Made by a program: the position numbers and the translations under genes. A stretch of 64,000 nucleotides of DNA from an uncultured delta proteobacterium (GTDB taxonomy: Bacteria > Desulfobacterota > Binatia > UBA9968), in the NCBI GenBank assembly GCA_963804165.1, contig CAWDPO010000002.1:32001-96000 (forward strand), read 5' to 3'. Shown here piece after piece: positions 55,872 to 64,000 of this stretch (the first letter of the stretch is position 1; each line of letters opens with the position of its first letter). Under the pieces are notes generated by a model. The model saw nothing but the letters and a program-made list of their open reading frames with translations, did no database searches and had not been told where the DNA came from.

Positions 55872-57071
55872 TTAGGTGCCTGTCCTGAGAAGCTCGTAAT
55901 AATACGATTCATTCTCCATCGCCATGCGCTCCAGAGTGAAGTGCTGGAGCACGCGCTCGCGTCCTCGACGGCCCATTTCATCGGCGAGCGCCGGCTCCCG
56001 AACCAGCTTCGCGACCGCTCCGGCCAGTGCGCGCGCGTCTTGGGGCGCCACCAAAATTCCAGTAACCCCGTCGATCACCGACTCGGTCAATCCGCCCACG
56101 CGGGTCGCTATCACGGCTTTGCGCGCCGCCATGGCCTCGAGAACCGCAACTCCCAAGCCTTCGAACAAGGAAGGCATCACCAGGAAATCCACATCGAGGA
56201 GAAAGTCTGCAGTGTTGCCGACGAAGCCTAAGAAATCCACTTCGTCCCGCAATCCCAACCTAACCGCTTCTTTTTCGAGATGAGCTCGCAGGTGACCGTC
56301 GCCGGCGATGCGATAGCGCAGATCGAGCCCTCCCGACTTTAACAAGGCTGCCGCTTCGAGCAAGAAATGATGGCCTTTGCGTTCGTCGAGCCGCCCCAGA
56401 CAGCCAATCACTTTTACAGCAGTCGAAGCAGTATCTTTTGAGGCGCAAGTTTGAAATCGGCGCGCTTCGATGCCGCTGGGAATCCGGCGGATCTTCCGCC
56501 CCTCCACGCCGGCCTTTTCCAATAAATCGCCGATCGCCTGCGATATGACCACCACTCCGTCGACTCTTCGATTGTACAGACAATTCGTGTACCAACCGGG
56601 TCGCGCGGGATAATCCATTCTACGCGTTACCACGAACCTTGGCTGATTTCCCGCGCGCGCCAACCAAAGCGACAAGGCGTGAGCACGCTTGGTATGAAAA
56701 TGGACAATGTCGTAGCTCTCGACTAGAATTAATCGGCGCAGCGCGGGGACTACTCTGAGATCCAGGTCATTGCGCATTGAGAAGGAGCGTAATCTAACGT
56801 CTAAATTCCGGCATCTGTTGAAGAGCACGCCGTCCGGATCGGCGAAAAGGTCGTTCCGATGTCCCCGGCCCGCGAGATAAGTTAGCAGTCCTAGTACCTG
56901 CGCCTCCCCACCACCCCAATTTTTTTCAGGATCGATGTGTAGAATCTTCAGGAGGCGGCTATCCCCGCTTCCGCTCAAGTTTTCGTTTCTCCTCCAATTC
57001 CAGCTCCCAAAGCTTAGCATACTTGAGAAAAACATAAACCGCCGCGGTGACGGCAACATAAAATCCGGCAA
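55872..57071 (-). CDS. glycosyltransferase family 4
   Basis: WGGGE, KGH, EGLGVAVLEAMA; true start probably near 56950. Confidence 0.9.
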   Translation of the reverse strand: MPDFMLPSPRRFMFFSSMLSFGSWNWRRNENLSGSGDSRLLKILHIDPEKNWGGGEAQVLGLLTYLAGRGHRNDLFADPDGVLFNRCRNLDVRLRSFSMRNDLDLRVVPALRRLILVESYDIVHFHTKRAHALSLWLARAGNQPRFVVTRRMDYPARPGWYTNCLYNRRVDGVVVISQAIGDLLEKAGVEGRKIRRIPSGIEARRFQTCASKDTASTAVKVIGCLGRLDERKGHHFLLEAAALLKSGGLDLRYRIAGDGHLRAHLEKEAVRLGLRDEVDFLGFVGNTADFLLDVDFLVMPSLFEGLGVAVLEAMAARKAVIATRVGGLTESVIDGVTGILVAPQDARALAGAVAKLVREPALADEMGRRGRERVLQHFTLERMAMENESYYYELLRTGT

Positions 57072-57768
57072 ATCCTTCCATAAAACCTCGCTTCAATATA
57101 TACGAGCGAAAAAACCGAACCGCCGGCCGCAACAATGCGTCGCTGAGATGCCAACGCTCCCCTTCCTTTCTCAGCTCTCGTGACGAGATCGAGGTGAACT
57201 GATTAATCCTTCGGAGGTGATCGTCGATGTTGCGGTAGGAATAGTGCTGCAAGGGATTGCGCAGGCGGCGCACTTTGCCATCTATTAAAATTTTATCGTG
57301 CGGCTCCGATCCACCCCAGGTCGCCCGGTCGCGGCGGAAGAGCCGCACGTTATAGTCGGGATACCATCCCCCACGCCACCACCATCGGCCTAAATAGTGA
57401 ACCAGTCGTGGCACTGAATAACCGCTATACTCGCCGCCATCGCCGGCCAAGACCGACCGAATCTCATCGCGGAGATCCGAGGTCACTCGCTCGTCCGCAT
57501 CCACCGACAGAACCCATTGTTGGGTTGCTTGCGATTGTGCAAAAGCCTTCTGATCCCGGTAACCCGCCCACTCACGCTGCATAAACCGATCCGTATAGCG
57601 CCGGCAAATTTCCGGCGTCCGATCCGTACTAAATGAATCGACCACAACAATCTCATCGCACCAACGCAGGCTCTCAAGGCAGTCTCCAATGCGGTCTTCC
57701 TCGTTGCGGCAGACGACGATGGCGGAAACCGCCGAAGACGCCTGGGAGTTGATCCGTTCCGAAGTCAT
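56959..57768 (-). CDS. glycosyltransferase family 2 (WaaE/KdtX-like)
   Basis: NEE, VVDSFSTD, VDADE, GF.EG.AG. Confidence 0.88.
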   Translation of the reverse strand: MTSERINSQASSAVSAIVVCRNEEDRIGDCLESLRWCDEIVVVDSFSTDRTPEICRRYTDRFMQREWAGYRDQKAFAQSQATQQWVLSVDADERVTSDLRDEIRSVLAGDGGEYSGYSVPRLVHYLGRWWWRGGWYPDYNVRLFRRDRATWGGSEPHDKILIDGKVRRLRNPLQHYSYRNIDDHLRRINQFTSISSRELRKEGERWHLSDALLRPAVRFFRSYILKRGFMEGFAGFYVAVTAAVYVFLKYAKLWELELEEKRKLERKRG

Positions 57769-58098
57769 GGCTGTCAGAAGATAAGAAGAACGTTCAAAAA
57801 AATCAAATGACTGCTTCAACTCCATGCGCCCGGATTTCATACGTACAAATCATTCAACGGCAGCAAGATACTGACTGAATTTGATTGAAGAGTTAGATGA
57901 CGCCCAGGGTGCGTTCAGGAGAGAAAGAGGAACTCTAAAATTCGACCCACGGGCAAAACGCGGTTTCGGCTCGCCGGCGTTGCGAGGAATACATATCGGT
58001 GCGCGGAAAAGCCCGCTTCTCTATTCTATTCCGTCGACCGCTGGCTGTTTCAAAGATCGTAGCTGGCGATGATAACGCTAAATTCCCGAAAATTCACG

Positions 58099-59004
58099 CT
58101 AACGATGCGACGCGCTCCATCGGTGTTGGTAAATCCGATACTTCAGCGAGTAGGGCGAATGCGCTACGGCTGCGTCGATAGCCTGCCCTGCCGCGATAAA
58201 TTGATTACTCCTCCAGCGGCTCTTCGCGAGGCGGTAGTAGCGGTAGGCAATCCGCCGAGCAACTTTTCTTGAACCGACCATTTCCGCGGCGTCCGGGAAG
58301 TCGCGGCGCAGTTTTTCAATCACTTTGATATTTTCCGTCAGCCGCAGTTCTTCGTTCAGCGTGATGTTCCCCTCATGTTTGCGGTATAGAAACACGACTC
58401 GGTCGATATACTTGACCGGGAAGCGTATGAACAAACGGAAAAACAAATCGAGGTCATGGCAGATGCGCAACGATTCGTCCATGCCGCCCACGGACGTATA
58501 GGCGCTCTTTGAGATGAGGGACGCTTGGAGCCGCACAATGCTCTTTGCAAACAGATCGTCCAAGCGAGCTCCTCTCGCCTGCAATTGCTGCGACTTCCTT
58601 GCCGGAATGATCGTCGCTCGGTGATGTGCAGGGCCGTCGAGATAGGCTCCGTTGCCGAAGACCAAGGCGCATTCCGGATGGTCGTGCACGTATCCATATA
58701 AAATTTCCAAGTGATCGGGAACGCATAAGTCGTCGGAATCTTGAAAGGCGATCCAAGACGCACAGGCCTGCCGCACGCCGACATTTCGCGCCGCCGCCGG
58801 ACCTTGATTTGGCTGGTAATAATATCGCACTCGCGGCCCGAACGACTCAATGACCGCACGAGTGTCGTCGGTAGAGCCGTCGTCGACGACGATCAGTTCA
58901 TAATTTTCGAATCGCTGTTGAAAAACACTCTCGATAGTCTGGCGAAGGAAATGCGCGCGGTTGTAGGTGGCAATTATCACGGACACGCCCGGCGGTTGGG
59001 TCAT
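58099..59004 (-). CDS. glycosyltransferase family 2
   Basis: SVIIATYN, VDDGSTD, FQDSDD. Confidence 0.9.
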   Translation of the reverse strand: MTQPPGVSVIIATYNRAHFLRQTIESVFQQRFENYELIVVDDGSTDDTRAVIESFGPRVRYYYQPNQGPAAARNVGVRQACASWIAFQDSDDLCVPDHLEILYGYVHDHPECALVFGNGAYLDGPAHHRATIIPARKSQQLQARGARLDDLFAKSIVRLQASLISKSAYTSVGGMDESLRICHDLDLFFRLFIRFPVKYIDRVVFLYRKHEGNITLNEELRLTENIKVIEKLRRDFPDAAEMVGSRKVARRIAYRYYRLAKSRWRSNQFIAAGQAIDAAVAHSPYSLKYRIYQHRWSASHR

Positions 59005-59021
59005 AAATCAATTTCGCAAGA

Positions 59022-59942
59022 TTAGGTGTGAAGATCGCCGGTGGCCCGGCGGCGCAATTTGCCCATTAGGTAGCCCCAGCGCTTCAGTACACGACCTTCA
59101 GTCTTGTAAGCCTTTTGGGTCCGCCCAAACATCCGGTAAATCCCATAGCGGATACAGTTGGCTAGGAGGTCGGGAATTACCTTGAATAGGAGTGAATCGT
59201 GTCGGTAGACGCTGCGGCTGACACCCTTGCGATACTCAACGTCCCGGTTGTAGGCCCGGCCGTAACGCGCGGGATTGAGTTCATGATAGACAATTGCATG
59301 CGGCGTATAGCCGATCTTAAACCCAGCTCTTTTGATCCGCATTGAGAATTCGGTATCTTCGCTGAATCCTGATGCGCCAGGTCCAAGACGCACATCAAAC
59401 AAACCTATCCTTTCGACGATTTCACGTTTGAATGACATGTTTGTTCCCGTGAGACCACGAATTTCGCAGATGTTATCGCCGTAGTCGATCACTGGTATGT
59501 TGTATTCCCGTAGTCGTTCAAGCTCCGCGGATTTTCCCAATTGATCCAAACCGGGAAGCACTCGGCCCTGAACGGCATCGTAGTGTGACCCATGATAGCA
59601 TTCCAAATGTTTCTTCAACGCCCATCGATCAATCACGACATCATCGTCAATGACCAAAATAAACCGACCTTGAGCCACCGTTAGCGCGAGGTTTAGAGCA
59701 AACCCTTTTCCTTGTTGCTTCTCATTGAGAACCGTTAGTCGGTAATAATTGTGCTTCTTCTGGGCGGTCTCCAATACTGAGGATGTTTGATCCGTTGAGC
59801 CATTATCAACAATCAGCACCTCAAGGGTAATAGACTCAAGCCCCTCCGCCAATTGAAGACTCGCTAAGAGCCGCTGCAAACTTGGGGCCCGATTATACGT
59901 AGCTATTATAACGCTAAGATCAGCGACTGAACCGATCGTCAT
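59022..59942 (-). CDS. glycosyltransferase family 2
   Basis: SVIIATYN, VDNGSTD, IDDD, SED; ATG 59942 overlaps the upstream stop. Confidence 0.88.
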   Translation of the reverse strand: MTIGSVADLSVIIATYNRAPSLQRLLASLQLAEGLESITLEVLIVDNGSTDQTSSVLETAQKKHNYYRLTVLNEKQQGKGFALNLALTVAQGRFILVIDDDVVIDRWALKKHLECYHGSHYDAVQGRVLPGLDQLGKSAELERLREYNIPVIDYGDNICEIRGLTGTNMSFKREIVERIGLFDVRLGPGASGFSEDTEFSMRIKRAGFKIGYTPHAIVYHELNPARYGRAYNRDVEYRKGVSRSVYRHDSLLFKVIPDLLANCIRYGIYRMFGRTQKAYKTEGRVLKRWGYLMGKLRRRATGDLHT

Positions 59943-60568
59943 TCGGTCTTTTCTCCGATAACGAGAATTCCGGGAGCGAAATCCAAATTCAGCAGTCGTA
60001 GCAATCCGCGATATCGGCAAATACGAATTCGCTTCTTCCATGTCATTTGAACGATCCTATATCCCCAGAATCGTTTAAAACCGGCGGTCCCCATCCATCC
60101 TGCCACATGACGCAGTCGAAAAGGAGTAATATGGGTTGAGTCGCCCCAAAAGGCGATGGGATGATGTACATTGGGGGTCGACACAAATAAGCGGCCTCCT
60201 GGAACCAGCAATTCGTAAGCCTTACGAAATAAAGTCAACACCATTCCTGGAGACATATGCTCAACAACCTCATAGCATACGATAGCCTCGTATTTTCCCG
60301 CTATTTCCTCTAGTGTATAAAAGTCATGTTCAAAGGTACGGTCAATATCCATGCTCTTATAGTCAAGGCTCCACCCTACTGATCTCTCCAAGTATCCCTT
60401 TAATTCGCGCTGATGAGCACCGACTTCCAGGACTCTCATTCCCGGTTTTAAAAAATCGCAAATCGGCTTGCGGGAATCACTAACTATGGGAAACTTCAAG
60501 ATGGGCTGTTCTAACTGGTCCTTGGCAAGTCTCTTAGCCCTATTGACGATTGTCCAGTCGATATCCAT
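59939..60568 (-). CDS. class I SAM-dependent methyltransferase
   Basis: VLEVGA, EVVEH, LVPGGRLFVSTPN. Confidence 0.85.
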   Translation of the reverse strand: MDIDWTIVNRAKRLAKDQLEQPILKFPIVSDSRKPICDFLKPGMRVLEVGAHQRELKGYLERSVGWSLDYKSMDIDRTFEHDFYTLEEIAGKYEAIVCYEVVEHMSPGMVLTLFRKAYELLVPGGRLFVSTPNVHHPIAFWGDSTHITPFRLRHVAGWMGTAGFKRFWGYRIVQMTWKKRIRICRYRGLLRLLNLDFAPGILVIGEKTE

Positions 60569-60923
60569 ATCGCATCGCGTAAGTGAATTATTGTTGCAGA
60601 TATCAACTTCAGGTAACAGGAATCAGGCGAGAAATTATCGCGATGAAAAAGTTTGAGCTATATGATCAAAACGCATTCCGCAGAGGAGTATACTTAAGTT
60701 ATTCGCACTTTCACCTAGATTTTTCCACTTGTAAACTGTTTATTTAATCAAAATAGTTTCATTTAAAATCTTCACGTTATGCCTTCTCGCGAGATTTGGA
60801 GTCGGAACTATGACGCTGACCCGGTTCACGTGATCCCTTCAGCGTATCAACCCAGCGATATGCGTCATTGGACTCGTCGCGCTCCGAGACTCAGCATTTG
60901 TCTTGCCAAACCATAAATTCGAC

Positions 60924-61580
60924 CTAACGCGCCGTCGCAAATCCGCGTAACAGTTTCCGCGGCAGTGCGCGCCAGTGGCAACGCTTCACTCTCACTTGAT
61001 TATAGATTCTACGCAGGCGTATCGTGGTCTTTGCCTTGAGTCGGTCCATCAAAGTGATACGTCCGGCTTTTTGTATCGCAAGGATTCCATCCACTTGTCC
61101 CAAAACACGATAGCCGGGATTGGGCAAAATCTCGTTGTCAACGAGCTTTCTAACTCCTTCCCACGAATAGGTATCGTGCAACGCGATGACTCCGCCGTCT
61201 GCTACAAAAGGAAGCCAGCCGTAGAAATCCGTCGAAACGGACTCATAACTGTGATCCCCATCGATCCACAGCATGCCGATTGTCTTATGCCATCCTTCGA
61301 GCGCATCCATCGATGTCACAACAATCGGAATGACTCTCTTTTCGAGCCCGGCTTTTCTGATATTTTCTCGAAATGCTTCCTCGGTATTTACGTTGATCAA
61401 GCCGATTTTTTCTAGATCCCGTCCGCCGACATGCGGGTCGATTGCGTAAAGCTCGCTGCCATCGGCTGCTTCGGAGCCCTTGGCCAACCAAATGGTCGAT
61501 TTTCCCTGCCAACTGCCGATCTCAACGACGACGCCGAGACGAGACGCGCATCTTGCCAACTGATAAAGATAGGGGCCCTC
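60924..61580 (-). pseudogene. Methyltransf_24-type methyltransferase, 3' part (IS-interrupted)
   Basis: VEIGSWQGKST, IDGDHSY, LHD; native frame continues across the IS at 62981..63058. Confidence 0.85.
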
Positions 61581-62980
61581 CACTGCTGTCCAAAATAATC
61601 TGAGTTGGTCGACCCTCATCTCGTAAAATCAGACATTTAGGACAGGTCAAACCTTAGGTCGGCATTGAGGTTGTCCTTGCGCTGCTGTCCAACATTTCTA
61701 TCCTAAGAGCATCAACTGTTCGCCCTGGGGAAGCACGATCGGAATTTCAAACGGTGCATCGAGCCACGCCCATAAGTCACGGTAGCTCAACAAGTTAAAT
61801 CGCAGCATTGCAGCCAGATTGGACAGACTCCACGTCCAACTGGACTTGAGCAGCAAGTATTTGAGCAACAACATGGCGATCAATGCTGTCCAAATCTGCA
61901 CGTTCACGGCGTTCTCACTGGTTCCCACAAAGGTCTTAATCTTTAAGTTTTGTTTGAGCGCCTTGAAAAACAGTTCGATCTGCCAGCGATCTTTTATAGA
62001 TCGCCCCAATGGTGCTTGCCGCTAGGTGAAAAATATTGGTGAGAAAGACCAACTCCCTTTTGTGTTCGCTATCCCATACCACCACTTGGCGTAACCGGCT
62101 CGGGCAACGCTCTCGCGCATGCTCGCTCATCAACTGAATCGTTTCATCACGCTTTACATTCCCTCGCGTCGGCACCGTGCGCCGCTCGAGCACCTTGTAG
62201 ATCATGTTGGTTCTAGGGCGTGTCACAAAGTACACTTTGGCTGTCGTCCAGCGTTCATAAAGCGCGTAGTCGAGATACCCGCGGTCTACCACCACAATCG
62301 TGCCGGGAGCAAAATCGAGCCTCTGAGCAATCCGTACATCGTTGGTGTCCCCGTCGGTGACCAGTGCCCAACAAGGTAAACAACCCTGATGGTCTAACTG
62401 CAAATGCAATTTGATGGCCCCCTTGGTCCGTTGAAACCGCGCCCAGTCAAATACCTCAATGCACAGTTCAATGACCGAAGCGTCCAGGCTTCGCAGGGGA
62501 TGTTTGAAGCGGAAACGACGCCTTTTAGTGGTGGCCAACACTTGGCAGCTCTTGAGCAAATCTTCGAACACCGTCTGATAAAGCTGCCAAGGTCGATGAG
62601 TATTGGCGTAAGCCAGAGTCGAGCGAGTCGGGGCTTGGCGCAAACCCAAGTGCGCAAGCTTCCCCATCGCCGTCGCTAAACCCCCACAGATCTCCCGCAA
62701 AGAATTGGCTCCGCCCATCTGACAAAACAGCATCGCCACAAACTGCTCCCAGCAACTAAACCCTTTGGCTCCTCGCTCCGCTTGATGTTCCCTCACTGCT
62801 CGTCCAAACGCGCCCCGATCCACTAAAGATAACAATTGCGAAAAACAACTCGCTACGGCTATCATAGCGTTACCTCCGACTTGTGAGTAAGTGCGGCGCA
62901 GACACGCCGCCTGTGAGATTTGCTTCCCACTATCTTACTCCGGTCGGGGGTTTTTCAGAAAACTATCTTGGACAAGTGTG
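61581..62980 (-). mobile_element. IS4-family insertion sequence, 1400 bp
   Basis: Imperfect terminal IRs CACTGCTGTCCAA / CACACTTGTCCAA(rc); 9-bp target duplication GGGGCCCTC at 61572-61580 and 62981-62989. Confidence 0.92.
61698..62865 (-). CDS. IS4-family DDE transposase (frameshift at 61992-61995)
   Basis: DUF4372-like N-terminus, LDAS, DRGY, Y..RW.IE.FFK (YREK) split across two frames. Confidence 0.92.
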
Positions 62981-63058
62981 GGGGCCCTCTCTTTTTCCCA
63001 ACCAACCCTCGACCCCGTCGGTGATCGTGTAAATTTCGCGGAGGCCTAAGTCGCCCAT
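62981..63058 (-). pseudogene. Methyltransf_24-type methyltransferase, 5' part (26 codons)
   Basis: MGDLGLREIYTITDGVEGWLGKREGP joins EGPYLYQLAR through the duplicated 9-mer. Confidence 0.85.
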
Positions 63059-63093
63059 TTTAAACTCGCTGCATTGAGTGCCATCGATTTGGA

Positions 63094-63804
63094 TTACTTT
63101 GAAGCCTGCTCCGGCGCCCGCTTAACCCGGATGACGAATTGATACCCGAACAACTGTTTCCACATGCGCGTCAAGCCAAAATGAATTTCATGCAACGCGT
63201 TGAAGAGCGGCCGTCGAGTGAACGGTAGAATTAACTGGACGGGGACGGGAGTCGCTATCACTTCGATGACTCGGCAACCGCAGCCTTCCAACAGTTCAGC
63301 GACGGTACGAAGCGTGAAAAAGCGCAGGTGTGTTTTATCAAGGATTCCCCGTTCCGTGTAATCGAACCGCCCGGCCAATAAAGACAAGCGAATAAAAAGA
63401 TTGGCGACATTGGGAACCGAAACGACGGCCTCCCCGGTGCTTTTTAGCACCGGAAGCGCTCGGCGAAGAACCTCGGCTGGCCGCTTCAAATGTTCCAACG
63501 TATCGGCGAAAAGAACATAGTCAAATTCGTCGTTAAATGGAAAATCGAATTCTTCCACGTCAGTTAAATAAAATTGGTCATAATAGCGCCGCGCCTTTAC
63601 TGCGAGCGCCTCGTCGTTTTCAATTCCTACGACGTAATGTCCTCGGTCTTTCAGGATTGCCCCCAAATAACCGTCCGCGGTGCCGATATCTAGGATTCGG
63701 AGCGGTTGTTTGGCTTCGGACAGCAACTTGAGAATCCAATAGTGGCTATTATATTTGAAATCCTTCAGCTGGTAGCGTGGCCCGGCGCGCTCCGCTCGGA
63801 TCAT
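63094..63804 (-). CDS. class I SAM-dependent methyltransferase
   Basis: ILDIGTADG, DTLEHL, SVPN, GILDKTHLRFFT; ATG 63804 overlaps the upstream TGA. Confidence 0.88.
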   Translation of the reverse strand: MIRAERAGPRYQLKDFKYNSHYWILKLLSEAKQPLRILDIGTADGYLGAILKDRGHYVVGIENDEALAVKARRYYDQFYLTDVEEFDFPFNDEFDYVLFADTLEHLKRPAEVLRRALPVLKSTGEAVVSVPNVANLFIRLSLLAGRFDYTERGILDKTHLRFFTLRTVAELLEGCGCRVIEVIATPVPVQLILPFTRRPLFNALHEIHFGLTRMWKQLFGYQFVIRVKRAPEQASK

Positions 63805-64000
63805 TCCGCTCTCCGATATCGGGCCGGGAAGCATTCGAATTGCCTCTGGTTAATCCACGACGAGCGATGGAGCTTATATCGGGCCAACAACCAAAGTATA
63901 CTCAGCCCATAGATTACGCTGGCGGAAAAACTCGCACTGGAGGCTTCCGCAAAATATCTCGTGGGTACCGGCACTTCTTTGACACGAAAACCAAGATGCA
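63801..64000 (-). CDS. glycosyltransferase family 2 (DPM1-like), C-terminal part
   Basis: Manual translation HLGFRVKEVPVPTRYFAEASSASF..SVIYGL...RYRRAE*. Confidence 0.75.
   Translation of the reverse strand, partial: HLGFRVKEVPVPTRYFAEASSASFSASVIYGLSILWLLARYKLHRSSWINQRQFECFPARYRRAE

Noticed and set aside
61992-61995. Programmed frameshift in the transposase
   Set aside because: IS4-family transposases are single ORFs, and one extra base in a short run breaks the YREK motif, so this is a mutation or sequencing error.

Overview
Chromosomal window from a GC-rich Gram-negative bacterium. Gene order and protein style look Deltaproteobacteria-like, possibly Binatia (inference only). About 1-29.5 kb is core genome: truA-asd-leuB-leuA-pssA-psd-ilvC, ilvNB, tsaB-rseP-dxr-cdsA-uppS-frr-pyrH-tsf-rpsB, rho, rluD, ribF, tol-pal, pgk-tpiA-secG and tRNA-Leu. 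About 22.3-28.5 kb is full of indels, probably a low-quality consensus. About 29.5-50.3 kb is a patchwork accessory region with a sigma54-driven HTH protein, a kinase, two UbiD decarboxylases, an amidohydrolase, a diiron enzyme, a Pht5-like protein and miaA-mutL. About 50.4-64 kb holds hldC, rpmB, relA/spoT, gmk, yicC, hldA and a surface-glycan cluster. Best signals missed by the ORF track: (1) a peroxiredoxin-like selenoprotein with an in-frame UGA in a UxxC motif and a SECIS-like hairpin; (2) a Leu/Val/Ile-rich leader peptide upstream of ilvC with no terminator; (3) a 1400-bp IS4-family element with a 9-bp target duplication that splits a methyltransferase, has a doubled end and supplies a new in-frame ATG; (4) a full sigma54/IHF/enhancer layout in front of a solo excisionase-like gene. 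All family calls come from motif recognition, not database searches.
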